Shown here in pieces: positions 1 through 12,857 of a DNA stretch of 64,000 bases. The notes under the pieces are model-generated. The model was not told the origin of the DNA. It worked only from the letters and a program-made list of their open reading frames with translations, and made no database searches. Each line of letters begins with the position of its first letter. Within the stretch, counting starts at the first letter, position 1. The translations under genes and the position numbers were made by a program. The stretch comes from Mobula hypostoma (taxonomy: Eukaryota): NCBI RefSeq assembly GCF_963921235.1, contig NC_086097.1, positions 1,178,001 through 1,242,000 on the forward strand, given 5' to 3'.

Positions 1-1283
1 GAGAACAGACAGAGGTCAGGGTAGGTTCCGGCAAGTTTTTTGTTCAGGTTGTTTAGAGAAGAGAGAATGCCAGGCAGGATGTTGGAATACTCCTCTTGCA
101 GGATGTGGGAAGTCAGGGAGCCCTCCAGTGTCCCTGACAACGACACCTGCAAGAAGTGCATCCAGCTGCAGCTCCTAACAAACCGCATTAGGGAACTGGA
201 GCAGGAGCTGGATGACCTGCGGATCATTCGGGAGAATGAGGAGATTATAGATCGTAGCTACAGGGAGGTAGTTACGCCAAAGGAGCAGAGAACAGGAAAT
301 TGGGTCACTGTCAGGCGAGGGAAGAGGAAAGGGCAGGCAGAGCAGGGTTCCCCTGTGGCCATTCCCCTCAACAAGAAGTATACCACATTGGATACTGTTG
401 GGGGGGGATGACTTAACCTGGGACAAGCTGCAATAGCCGGATCTCTGGCACTGAGTCTGGCTCTGCAGTGCAGAAGGGAGGGTGGAAAAAGAGGAGAGCA
501 GTAGTGATAGGGGACTCGATAGTTAGAGGTGCAGATAGGAGGTTCTGTGGTCGTGACAGAGAATCCAGGATGGTTTGTTGCCTCCTGGGTGTCAGGGTCA
601 AGGATGTCTCTGATCGCTTGCATGACATTCTGAAGTAGGAGGGTGATCAGCCAGATGTCATGGTGCACATTGGTACCAATGACATAGCAAGGAAGAGTGA
701 GGAGGTCCTGGAGAGTGAGTATAGAGAGCTTGGTAGGAAGTTGAAAAGCAGGACCTCAAGGGTGGTGTGCTACGTGCCGGTGAGGGTAAGAATAGGATGC
801 TCTGGAGGATGAACAAGTGGCTGAGGAACTGGTGTAGGGGGTAGGGTTTCAGATTTCAGGATCATTGGGACCTCTTCTGGGGCAGGTGGGACCTGTACAA
901 GAGAGACGGGTTACACTTGAACTACAGGGGAACCAATATCCTTTCAGGGAGGTTTGTTAGTGCTATTGAGGAGGCTTTAAACTAGATTTGCAGGGGGATG
1001 GGAACCAGAGTGCCAGAGCTGACAGTGTGGCTGGGGTGAAAATAAATGATGTTAAAAGTTCAAGCAAATCCGCTAATAGGTTGTGAGTGGTGGTAAAAAT
1101 CTTCTGAGGTGTATATATTTCAATGCTATGAGTATTGCGGGGAAGGCGGATGAGTTGAGGGCTTGGATTGACACGTGAAATTATGACGTTATAGCAATTA
1201 GTGAAACTTGGCTACAGGAGGGGCAGGACTGGCAGCTTAATATTCCAGGGTTCCGATGTTTCAGATGTGATCGAGGCAGAGGA

Positions 1284-2585
1284 ATGAAAGGTGGGGGAGT
1301 AGCATTGCTTGTCAGGGAAAATATTACAGCAGTGCTCAGGCAGGACAGATTAGAGGGCTTGTCTACTGAGTCCTTATGGGTGGAGCTGAGAAACAGGAAA
1401 GGTATGGCCACATTAGTGGGATTGTATTACAGACCACCCAATAGTCAACGAGAATTGGAAGAGCAAATCTGCAGAGAGATAGCAGGCAACTGCAGGAAAC
1501 ATAAAGTTGTGGTGGTAGGGGATTTTAATTTTCCATATATTGATTGGGACTCCCATACTGTTAGGGGTCTAGATGGTTTAGAGTTTGTAAAATGTGTTCA
1601 GGAAAGTTTTCTAAATCAATATATAGAGGTACCAACTAGAGGGGATGCAATATTGGATCTCCTGTTTGGAAACGAGTTAGGACAAGCGATGGAAGTCTGT
1701 GTAGGGGAGCACTTTGGTTCCAGTGATCATAACACCATTAGTTTCAATTTGATCATGGACAAGGATAGATCTGGTCCTAGGGTTGAGGTTCTGAACGGGA
1801 AGAAGGCCAAATTTGAAGAAATGAGAAAGGATCTAAAAAGCGTGGATTGGGACAGGTTGTTCTCTGGCAAAGATGTGATCTGTAGGTGGGAAGCCTTCAA
1901 AGGAGAAATTTTGAGAGTGCAGAGTTTGTATGTTCCTGTCAGGATTAAAGGCAAAGTGAATAGGAATAAGGAACCTTGGTTCTCAAGGGATATTGCAAGT
2001 CTGATAAAGAAGAAGAGGGAGTTGTATAACATGGATAGCAAACAGGGACTAAATAAGGTGCTTGAGGAGTATAAGAATTGCAAGAAAATACTTAAGAAAG
2101 AAATCAGGAGGGCTAAAAGAAGACATGAGGTTGCCTTGGCAGTCAAAGTGAAGGATAATCCAAAGAGCTTTTACAGGTATATTAAGAGCAGAAGGATTGT
2201 AAGGGATAAAATTGGTCCTCTTGAAGATCAGAGTGGTCGGCTATGTGCGGAACCGAAGGAAATGGGGGAGATCTTAAATAGGTTTTTTGCGTCTGTATTT
2301 ACTAAGGAAACTGGCATGAAGTCTATGGAATTAAGGGAAACAAGTCGTGAGATCATGGAAATTGTACAGATTGAAAAGGAGGAGGTGCTTGCTGTCTTGA
2401 GGAAAATTAAAGTGGATAAGTCCCCAGGACCTGACAGGGTGTTCCCTCGGACCTTGAAGGAGACTAGTGTTGAAATTGCGGGGGCCCTGGCAGAAATATT
2501 TAAAATGTCGCTGTCTACAGGTGAGGTGCCGGAGGATTGGAGAGTGGCTCATGTTGTTCCGTTGTTTAAAAAAGGATCGATAAGT
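1284..2585 (+). pseudogene. CR1 ORF2 endonuclease/linker segment
   Basis: 436-aa ORF with GGGVALLV, YRPP, GDFNFP, LDLL and SDHN. It ends where a nested insert begins. Confidence 0.93.
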
Positions 2586-2858
2586 TTAGGGTGAGGGGGG
2601 GAAAGTTTAAAGGGAACATTAGGGGAGGCTTCTTCACACAGAGAGTGCTGGGAGTATGGAATGAGCTGCCAGACAAGGTGGTAAATGCGGGTTCTTTTTT
2701 AACATTTAAGAATAAATTGGACAGATACATGGATGGGAGGTGTATGGAGGGATATGGTCTGTGTGCAGGTCAGTGGGACTAGGCAGAAAATGGTTCGGCA
2801 CAGCCAAGAAGGGCCAAAAGTCCTGTTTCTGTGCTGTAGTTTCTATGGTTATGGTTTC
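2586..2858 (+). mobile_element. 5'-truncated CR1 3' end inserted into ORF2 of the same subfamily
   Basis: Closely matches 3931-4200 and is flanked by the direct repeat taagt (2581-2585, 2859-2863). The host frame KKGS..NPGNYR resumes after it. Confidence 0.9.
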
Positions 2859-4203
2859 TAAGTAATCCAGGAAATTATAGGCCGGTAAATTTAACATCGG
2901 TAGTAGGTAAGTTATTGGAGGGAGTACTAAGAGACAGAATCTACAAGCATTTGGATAGACAGGGACTTATTAGGGAGAGTCAACATGGCTTTGTGCGTGG
3001 TAGGTCATGTTTGACCAATCTATTGGAGTTTTTCGAGGAGGTTACCAGGAAAGTGGATGAAGGGAAGGCAGTGGATATTGTCTACATGGACTTCAGTAAG
3101 GCCTTTGACAAGGTCCTGCATGGGAGGTTAGTTAGGAAAATTCAGTCGCTAGGTATACATGGAGAGAATTGCTTCTCCGAGTGGAGGCCTGTGACTAGTG
3201 GTGTGCCACAGGGATCAGTGCTGGGTCCATTGTTATTTGTCATCTGTATCAATGATCTGGATGATAATGTGGTAAATTGGATCAGCAAATTTGCTGGTGA
3301 TACAAAGATTGGAGGTGTAGTAGACAGTGAGGAAGGTTTTCAGAGCCTGCAGAGGGACTTGGACCAGCTGGAAAAATGGGCTGAAAAATGGCAGATGGAG
3401 TTTAATACAGACAAGTGTGAGGTATTGCATGTTGGAAGGACAAACCAACGTAGAACATACAGGGTTAATGGTAAGGCACTGAGAAGTGCAGTGGAACAGA
3501 GGGATCTGGGAATACAGATACAAAATTTCCTAAAAGTGGCGTCACAGGTAGATAGGGTCGTAAAGAGAGCTTTTGGTACATTGGCCTTTATTAATCAAAA
3601 TATTGAGTATAAGAGGTGGAATGTTATGATGAGGTTGTATCATTGGTGAAGCCGAATCTGGAGTATTGTGTTCAGTTTTGGTCACCAAATTACAGGAAGG
3701 ATATAAATAAGGTTGAAGGAGTGCAGAAAAGGTTTACAAGGATGTTGCCGGGACTTGAGAAACTCAGTTACAGAGAAAGGTTGAATAGATTAGAACTTTA
3801 TTCCCTGGAGCGTAGAAGAATGAGGGGAGATTTGATAGAGGTATATGAAATTATGATGGGTATAGGTAGAGTGAATGCAAGCAGGCTTTTTCCACTGAGG
3901 CAAGGGGAGAAAAAAACAGGAGGACATGGGTTAAGGGTGAGGGGGGAAAAGTTTAAAGGGAACATTAGCAGGGGCTTCTTCACATAGAGAGTGGTAGGAG
4001 TATGGAATGAGCTGCCAGACGAGGTGATAAATGCGGGTTCTTTTTTAACATTTAAGAATAAATTGGACAGATACATGGATGGGAGGTGTATGGAGGGATA
4101 TGGTCCATGTGCAGGTCAGTGGGACTAGGCAGAAAATGGTTCGGCACAGCCAAGAAGGGCCAAAAGGCCTGTTTCTGTGCTGTAGTTTTTCTATGGTGTC
4201 TAT

Positions 4204-4990
4204 AGTATGTACAATAGGACAGTCAATATAACATAGATATACAGTAGAATCAGCATGAATTGATCAGTGATGGCCTGGTGGAAGAAGCTGTCCCGGAGCC
4301 TGTTGGTCCTGGCTTTTTATGCTGTGGTACCATTTCCCAGATGGTATCAGCTGGAACAATTTGTGTTTGGGGTGACTTAGGTCCCCAATAATCTTTTGGG
4401 CCCTTTTTACACACCTGTCTTTGTAAATGTCCTGAATAGTGGGAAGTTCACATCCACAGAGTCCTGTGATTGAGGGAAGTACAGTTCCCATACTAAGTAG
4501 TGATACAGTCAGGCAGGATGCTGTCAGTTGTGCTGTAGAAATTTCTTAGAATTTGGGGCCTGTACCAAACTTCTTCAACCGTCTGAGGTGAAAGAGGTGC
4601 TGTTGTGCCGTTTCCAGCACATAGCCGGTACGTACAGACCACGTGAGATCCTCGGTGATATGTATGCCAAAGAACTTAAAGCTGTTCACCCTCTCAACCC
4701 CAGATCCATTGGTGTCAATAGGGGCTAGCCTGTCTCCACTCCTCCCGTAGTCCACAACCAGCTCCTTTGTTTTTGTGTCATTGAGGGAGAGGTTGTTTCC
4801 TTGACACCACTGTGCCAGGGTGATGACTTCTTTCCTGTAAGTCACTTTGTTATTGTTTGAGATAAGGCCAATCAGTGTAGTATCATCAGCTAATTTAATT
4901 AGCAGATTGGAGCTGTGGGTGGTGACACAGTCATGGGTATACAGAGAGTAAAGGAGGGGGCTTAGGACACAGCCCTGAGGGGCACCTGTG
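4204..4990 (-). mobile_element. Rex1/Babar-type LINE, 3' RT fragment
   Basis: GAPQGCVLSPLLYSLYTHDC..KLADDTTLIGLI..WCQGNNLSLN.TKTKELVVD and C-terminal HP...F.L.PSG motifs. Confidence 0.85.
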
Positions 4991-5718
4991 CCACACATGA
5001 GGCTGCTTAACAAAATAAAATCCTATGGCGTTACAGGAAGGAAACTGGCATGGATAGAGGAATGGCTGATAGGCAAGAGACCGTGAGTGGGAATAAAGGG
5101 GGACATTTCTTGGTGGCTGCCAGTGATTAGTGGTGTTCTGAGGGGTCAGTATTGGGGCCGTTACTTTTCACATTTGTCAGAATTTTAGATAATGGAATTG
5201 ATGGTGGTGCTGAGGAAACAATGTGATTGCAGCAGGACTTGGACAAATTGGAAGAATGGGCAAAAAAAGTGGCAGATGGAATAGAGTGTTGGGAAATGTA
5301 AGATAATGCATTTTAGTAAAAGGAATAATAGTGCGGACTGTTATCTAAATGGGGAGAAGGTTCAAACATCCGAGGTGCAGGGGGACTTGGGAGTCCTCAT
5401 GCAAGACTCTCAGAAGGTTAATTTACAGGTGAATCTGTGGTAAAGAAGGCAAATACAATGTTGACATTTATTTCAAGGGGAAGAGAATATAAAAACAAGG
5501 AGATAATGCTGAGACACTAGTTAGGCCGCACTTGGAGTATTGTCAACAGTTTTGGGCCACGTATCTCAGAAAAAAATGTGTGGTCATTGGAGAGAGTCCA
5601 GAGGAGGTTCACAGTGATGATTCCTGGAATGAAGGGGTTAACATGTGGGGACTGTTTGGCAGCTTTGGGCCAGTATTCACTGAAATTTAGAAGAATGCAG
5701 GGACATCCCTTTGAAACT
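4991..5718 (+). mobile_element. CR1 ORF2 RT fragment, interrupted by a Gypsy element
   Basis: Degenerate [31 protein letters not shown]. The CR1 3' end reappears at 7833-8088. Confidence 0.85.
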
Positions 5719-7832
5719 GAGATTCTGGACACTTGGGGGTGGAAAAGACCTATGGATTGCTCAGAGACTGATTACTGGCCCCAAATGAAGTCGGAGATTG
5801 AAGAATATTGCAAGTTGCACATTCGATGCATACGGCAGAAGACGCTTCCTATGTGGGCAGCTCCCTAGTTCCAATTGCAGAATGCGGGGCCTCTGGACAT
5901 GGTGTGTATGGATTTCCTGTCAACAGAACCCGATGCCAGCAAAACAGTGAATGTCTTATTCATCATGGACCACTACACCAGATATGCTCAGGCTTTTCCT
6001 ACCAAGGACCAGGCATTGTCTACTGTAGCCAAAGTGTTATGGGAGAAGTATTTCATTTATTATGGCCTCCCCAGGCGGCACACAGTGATCAGGGATGGGA
6101 TTTCGAGAGCAGACTCATCCATGAGTTACTGGGCATGTTTGGAGTCGAGAAGTCGAGGACAGGGTGATCCCCAGCCAGAGAGGTTTAACTGGACCTTGCT
6201 AGACATTCTCGGGACCCTGGAGATCAGCAAGAAGAGCAGGTGAATTCAACATATTGGACATCTGGTTCACAGTTACAACTGTACCCAAAATAAGCCTACT
6301 GGGTACTCACTGTACTATCTGATGTCTGCGCGCAAGGCAAGGTTACCCATTGACCTTTGTTTTGGGACTGACGAGGGCGACTTACCACCGAAGACTTATG
6401 TGAAGTATGTGTCTTATATGAGAAGAGAGCTGAAAAGGGCTTATGAATTAGCTGGGGTCGTGGCTGCCAAACAGAATCAAGGGAGTGAGAGGAGGTACGA
6501 TCAAAAGGTGAGGTTCTCCCAACTTCTGCCGGGAGACAGAATCCTCATAAGGAAATTGGGGCTACCTGGGAAACATAAGTCAGCTGACGGCTATGTTTCA
6601 CACACCCGATATGGTGGAGAGTCAGATGCCAAACCTACCAGTTTTCTGGGTGAAACCAGAGGATGGGAATGGGCCTGTCAAGATCCTCCATCAGAACCAC
6701 TTGCTGCCCCTGGGACATGAGGTGCAGGTAGACCCAGAGCCTACACCTAGTAAGAGGACTCAGTGGAAACGCCGGGCAACTGCAGGGCCAACAGCAGGAG
6801 AGGTTAAGCCGGCCCCCACCCCTGAGAGGGATACTGATTCGGAGCATGAGCACCTGGATGTGTGGTATATGCTGCCTTTTGCTCACTCCCTATTGTTTGA
6901 GGAAGAGACTTCCAGTTTTCTCCTGCTGAATCAGGTGAAGTGGGGTGGGGGCCTGTCTGTGGACAGCCTGGGTTGCAGTGGGACCCTGGAAATGATGAAG
7001 TGGGGCTTGACCATGGGACAGAGGGGTCTGAGTTGCAAGTGGGAACAAGTGAAAGGTCAGGGGAGGCCTCACCAGGTAGACTGGAAGTACCCCAGTAGTG
7101 TCTGAACCTAAAGAGTTAGGTGAGGGGGTCTCAGAGAATTAGGAGACCACTGGATAGGCTGACCTATATAGCACCAGAGGGACAGAGTGTGACCCCTACA
7201 GTTTTGGGGAGCTAGGTCACTGTCTTGTGCACCTGGATTGGACTTTGTGTTTTGTAGGAAGAGTTGGCAAATTATCTCAATGTCATGAAGACATGACTAA
7301 ATTTGGTGGGGGGAGAGTGTTACACGCTGTAAGGTTTCGCTGCTAATGTAATGGTTTCTCTGTAGCAGTAATATTTGGGTTATGACTAGAGATAATGGGG
7401 GCTTTGGGATGTGCGCTATCCAGTGAGGGGCATGTTGTTTCTTTCTTTTGGGAGAAGGGATTTCGCAGTCGATTGTCAGCGAAGGATGGTGAGAAGAGGC
7501 GAGTGGGGAGAGTTGGTAGTCTGCTGATGGAGTGGACTTGGAGAGAGGGTCCGTGACGCTTGGAGGAGGTCAATGGGGAGCAGTGAGCTCCAGACTGTTT
7601 CATGTAAATGGGCCCTTTTCTTTCTCGTTTCTTTACCAACCATATAGTTAAATTAAGAATTATAAAGCTTGATTGTTTAATTGCATATTGTGTACTGTTT
7701 GTTATTTTGTGGTACTGATTTGTAACGGGGAACACATCATGCAGCATCCACCCAAACAAGATTTCTCAAGTTTGGCCGGGCCGGAGGCTGTCTTCCCCTA
7801 GGTTAATCCATTAGCTGAACCTGAGGGTTACA
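5719..7832 (+). mobile_element. Gypsy LTR retrotransposon 3' part: integrase, PPT and 3' LTR
   Basis: YWPQMKSEIEEYC, MVCMDFL..DHYTRYAQAFPTKDQ..HSDQG.DFES integrase motifs. Polypurine tract ggtggggggagag ends at 7317. Confidence 0.9.
7318..7832 (+). repeat. 3' LTR (~515 bp)
   Basis: Starts tgttac directly after the PPT and ends gttaca, where CR1 sequence resumes. Confidence 0.8.
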
Positions 7833-8088
7833 AGAGGTAAGGAGGAATTTATTTTAGTCAGAGAGTAGTGAATCTGTGGAATGCTCTGACACAGACTGTG
7901 GTGGAGGCCAAGTCCGTGGGTTTATTGAAGGCAGATGTTGATATTTTCTTGGTTGGCTAGGGCATCAAAGGACATGGTGAGAATGCAGGTGTATGGAGTT
8001 GAGTGGGATCTGGGATCGGCCATGATGGAATGGTGGAGCAGACCTGATGGGGTGAATGGCCCAATTCTGCTCCTATGTCTTATGGTCG
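7833..8088 (+). mobile_element. CR1 3' end
   Basis: F.SQRVVNLWNAL motif and 3' tail tcctatgtcttatggtc. Confidence 0.85.
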
Positions 8089-8099
8089 AGGACATAAAG

Positions 8100-9170
8100 T
8101 GAGATAGTTATACTCAAGATGCAGGACACTGGAGACTGGGTGACAGTCAGTAAGATGAAAGGGGTTAAACTATCAGTACAGATCATCCTTGTGGCCATTC
8201 CCCTCAACAACAGGTATGCCACTTTGGATACTGTTGAAAACAAGAGCAAATCTGCAGGTGTTGAAAATTCAAGCTACACACACAAAATGTTGGAAGAACT
8301 CAGCAGTCCAGGCAGCATCTAGGGAAAGAGTACAGTTGATGTTTCCGGCAGAACATGCCATACTTTTGAAAAATATTTCCTAGCAGAGGAAAGTCACAGC
8401 AGTCAGGTTTCCAGCACTGAGTCCAGTTCTGTGACTCGGAAGGGGGGCGGGAGGAGAGCCAAGATATGGTGATGGGGAATTTGTTAGGGGAACAGAAAGG
8501 AGGTTCTGTGAACACAAATGAGATTCCCAGATGGTATATTGTCTCCTGGGTACCAGGGTCTGGGATATCTTGGAACGAGTCCTCAACATTCTTAAGTGGG
8601 AGGGTGAACAGCTGGAGATTGTGATCCATGAAGGTACCAATGACATGGGTAGGACAAGTGATGAGGTTCTGCATAGGGAGTTCAGGGAATTAGGTGCCAA
8701 TTTAAGGGCAGAACTGCCAAGGTTGTGATCTCGGGATGCTAGCTGTGTCACGTACTAGTAAGGCCAGAAATAGGAAGATTATACAGCTTAACTTGTGGCT
8801 AAGGAGTTGGTTAGGAGGGAGGGCACAAGGTTTTTGGATCATTGGGCTCTCTTCCAGGGAAGATGGGACCTGTACAGAAAGGACAGTTTGCACCTGATCT
8901 AGAAGAGGACCAGCAGGAAGGTTTGCTAGTGCTGAACTGAGGTGAGGGGATTTAAACTAGAGTTGCATAGGGATGGGAACCAGAGTACCAGGGCAGATAG
9001 TGGAGACAAATTACCGCAGACAGGAATCAAAAGGTTGAGCATGGTGCAAATAATGTCCTGAGCTGCAATTATTTCAATGCATTAACTATCATAGGAAAGT
9101 TAGATGAGCTCAGGGCATGGATTAATTTCTGGAACGCATTTGATTAACTCTATCCTATCCACCCTTTTTA
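8100..9170 (+). mobile_element. Decayed CR1 ORF1 (esterase) and ORF2 start, with a Penelope-terminus fragment inserted near 8237-8350
   Basis: WVTV..AIPLNNRY, VYCLLGTRV, IHEGTNDMG. The insert matches the terminus at 15520-15630. Confidence 0.8.
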
Positions 9171-9227
9171 CAGTACATAGAAGTCCCATTGAGTAAGTGT
9201 GCGATACTTGATCTGCAATTAGGAAAT

Positions 9228-10750
9228 GAAAACATAAGATCATAATACATAGGAGCAGAATTAGGCTACTTGGCCAGTCAAATCTGCTCCGCCATTGAAT
9301 AATGGCTGACCCTTTTCTCTCCTCCTCAGCCCCACTCCTCAGCCTTCTCCCCGACCTTCGTGCCATGTGCAATCAAGAACCGAACAATCTCTGCCTTAAA
9401 GAAGGCAAAGAGTGGTTGTAGACGGGTCATATTCTGCATGGAGGTCGGTGACCAGTGGTGTGCCTCAGGGATCTGTTCTGGGACCCCTACTCTTAGTGAT
9501 TTTTATAAATGTCCTGGATGAGGAAGTGGAGGGATGAGTTAGTAAATTTGCTGATGTCACAAAGGTTGGGGGTGTTGTGGATAGTGTGGAGGGCTGTCAG
9601 AGGATGCAAAACTGGGCTGAGAAGTGGCAGATGGAGTTCAACCTGGATAAGTGTGAGGTTGTTCATCTTGGTAGGTCAAATATGATGGCAGAATATAGCA
9701 TTAATGGCAAGACTCTTGACAGTGTGGAGAATCAGAGGGATCATGGGGTCTGAGTCCTTAGGACACTCAAAGCTGCTATGCAGGTTGACTCTGTGGTTAA
9801 GAAGGCATACGGTGCATTGCCTTCATCAATCGTGGGATTGAGTTTAAGAGCCGAGAGGTAATGTTGTAGCTATATAGGACCCTGGTCAGAGCCCACTTGG
9901 AGTACAGTATGCTCAATTTTAGTCCTCACTACAGGAAGGACGTGGAAACCATAGAAAGGATGCAGAGGAGATTTACAAGGATGTTGCCTGAATTGGGGAG
10001 CATGTCTTATGAAAATAGGTTGAATTAACTCGACCTTTTCTCCTTAGAGCAACAGAGGATGAGAGGTGACCTGATAGAGGTGTACAAGATATTGAGAGAC
10101 ATTGATCGTGTTGATAGTCAGAGGCTTTTTCCCTGGGCTGAAATGTCTAGCATGAGAGGGCATAGTTTTAAGGTGCTTGGAAGTAGGTACAGAGGAGATA
10201 TCAGGGTAAGTTTTCTCTGCAGAGAGTGGTGAGTGTGTGGAATGGGCTGCCGGCAGCCGTGGTGGAGGCAGAAATGATAGGTCTTTTAAGAGACTCCTGG
10301 ATGGCTACATGGAGCTTAGAAAAATAGAGGTTTTTGGGCCTAGGTAGTTCTAAGGTGAGGACATGTTCGGCACAGCTTTGTGGGCTGAAGGGCCTGTTTT
10401 GTGCTGTAGGTTTTTCTATGTTTTTATGTTTCTAATACACTCAATCACCTGGCCTTCACAGCTTCCTGTGGTAACGAATTCAATAAATTCACCACCCTTT
10501 GGCAAAAGAAATTTCTCCGCATCTCTTTTAAATGGACGCCTCTCTCTCCTGAGGCTGTGTCCTTTTGTTGTAGACTACCCCACCATGGTCCTCTTGTTGT
10601 AGACTGCCCCACCATGGTAAACATCCTTTGCACACCTACTCTGTCTAGGCTTTTCAACCTTCGAAAGGTTTCAACGAGATCCCCCCCTCATCCTTCTAAA
10701 TTCTAGTAAGTACAGACCCGAAGCCATCAAACGATCCTTGTATGATAACC
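9228..10750 (-). mobile_element. CR1 3' end, split by the insertion at 9401-10434
   Basis: Tail at 9228-9260. Host sequence ...gccttaaa|tacactcaat... rejoins across the insert. A ~29-bp tandem duplication lies near 10565-10618. Confidence 0.8.
9401..10434 (+). mobile_element. CR1 subfamily B, 5'-truncated copy
   Basis: RT C-terminal half and 3' UTR, highly similar to copies at 33213, 40405, 42270 and 54853. Confidence 0.92.
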
Positions 10751-11193
10751 CTTTTTTTTGTAATTTATTTTTTATTGAATTTTATCATCAAACATTTGCA
10801 TAAGATGTATTTCAGATACTGTACATATATATCATATAATCATTTGTCACAAATCTCCACATAATACTTATCTGAGGTATACACTTATGGAAAGGAGAGG
10901 AAAGAAAGAACAATCTGAAGAAGAAAACTATGTACAAAGTAGGGAGTGATTTTTTTTTTACAACATATTCATTGACTTGTGAGAATAAAATCAGGCCTGT
11001 GAGGTGTTATGCAGTTAAACCATTTTTCCCAGTATGAATCAAATTGTTCCAACTTATGATTAACAAATGCTGTTATCTTCTCCATTTTGTAAATGTCCAT
11101 TGTAATTTTCATCCATGCATTTAAAGTTGGGCTCTCCTGTGATAACCATTTCCTGGTAAGGGTCTTTTTACTAGCCGCCAGCAGTACATTCAT

Positions 11194-11355
11194 AGAAACA
11201 TAGAAAATAGGTGCAGGAGTAGGCCATTCGGCCCTTTGAGCCTGCACCGCCATTCAGTATGATCATGGCTGATCATCCAACTCAGAACCCTGTACCAGCC
11301 GTCCCTCCATACCCCCTGATCCCTTTAGCCACAATGGCCATATTTATTAAATATT
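11194..11355 (-). mobile_element. CR1 3' tip inserted in L1
   Basis: Near-identical to the reverse complement of ~30876-31028. Flanked by cattcat (11187-11193, 11356-11362). Confidence 0.88.
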
Positions 11356-12012
11356 CATTCATTAAATATTTATCTCTTTTCAACCATTCTTGAAGTATAT
11401 ACGCAAAATATATGGTCTTACTCTCTAAGGGTATTTCACATTTAAAGATGTCTTGTAGGGCATTATGTATCCCACTCCAATGGTCTTTGATAATGGGGCA
11501 ATCCCAGAAAATATAATAGTGGTTTGCATTTTGATTTCCACAATTTCTCCAGCAAGCAGGGATGTTACTATCATAATGGGATTTCTGAGAGGGTGTAATA
11601 AAATATCTTGTCAAGTTTTTCCACCTGAACTCACTCCATTTCTGTGAACTGGTACACTTCCATTGATACCTCCAAATTATTGTCCAGTCTTCCTCAGATA
11701 TTATTATCCCTCCTCCTTCTCCCATTTTGTTTTAATGTATGAAGTCGAATGTGTTTTAAGATTTGACAAACCCTTATAAACACTTGAAATTATTCTACTA
11801 CTGTTGTCTGAATTATATGCTTTTCTAAATAGCTCTATCAGACATGTACTTGCCTTGGTTACATTTTTAACCATCCTATTAACATACTGTCACATCTGTA
11901 AATACCAGTAAAAGTTTTGTTTTTCTAATAAGTGTTTCTCTTTGAGCATTTCAAAACTGAACAGTGTTCCTCCTTTCATTATATTGCAAATAGCTGTTAT
12001 TCCTTTAGCTGT

Positions 12013-12857
12013 TGTTACGTACCCCGTAACTGGGTTGCCAAACCAGCAGAAATGGATCACTCAGTTGGAGTCTGGAGTACTAGAACTAAGAAAGTTTTAT
12101 TAAAGAAACAAGCAACACAGTAATCGAAAGGATAATAAATGCAACAATTCAACAATGATAACCACACATGTGCACAGAATTAAGATAACAGCATCAATCA
12201 AGCTCTATCGTTGTCTAGGGGTAAATGACCAATTTCAAAATGACTCAAAGTTCAGTTCGCAGTAATCGTTGCCATGGCGATGGACAAGGTGGGGGAAGAG
12301 AGACACAGAATAGGAACAACTCATCATTCAGCACACTGCTTCACTCACAGACCAGCGGGATGGCTCACAACCAGCTTTTGGGCAGGTCCTTGGTGATGTC
12401 ACCTGAGGTCACCGACTGTGACCCCTCCTCCAGATGCGGTCGATCCTCTGCAGTGAACCCGGCACCCAGGCAAGGGCGGACACACACCGGGTTCCCGCTG
12501 ATCGTACCTTTCCACCCTTGTCGTTGTCTGGGACTTCTCACCCACTCATGAGAAGCACACCGCTTCCAGGGTCTCGTTACCTCGGGTGGCGTGTGTGTCT
12601 GTCTTAGCGAACCTGTCCCTTTTTATCCCCCTGCTGGGGTATCGCCTGTCCATCACTTCAAACAGTTCAGGGTTCAAAGGGGGGAGCCGCTCCAGACAGC
12701 TCTTCCTCCCACATCCCTTTCATTACACATCTCCAGACGCTGCTCCATTGTTCCTTATCTCTCCTTCCCCTGAGGGCAGGTGGCAGACCAACTGCTGATG
12801 CCACTGATGCTAGCCCAGGCCAGCCAACATCTTAATTTTATGTGTATTCTCGTAACA
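12013..12857 (-). mobile_element. Solo LTR (845 bp) inserted in L1
   Basis: Perfect terminal inverted repeat tgttacg...cgtaaca and 4-bp TSD ctgt (12009-12012, 12858-12861). AATAAA on the minus strand near 12098. Confidence 0.9.

Larger units (their letters stand above)
1..4203 (+). mobile_element. Near full-length CR1 LINE (decayed)
   Basis: ORF1 67-985 has Cys pairs, a coiled coil and esterase motifs (VIGDSIVRG, VHIGTND), broken by a poly-G frameshift near 400 and a stop. ORF2 has APE motifs (ISETWL, GDFN, SDHN) and RT motifs ([18 protein letters not shown]). 3' tail ...tttctatgg. Confidence 0.95.

Noticed and set aside
6593..7105. Possible env-like third ORF in the Gypsy element
   Set aside because: It is the frameshifted C-terminal tail of integrase/pol, with no signal peptide or transmembrane segment.
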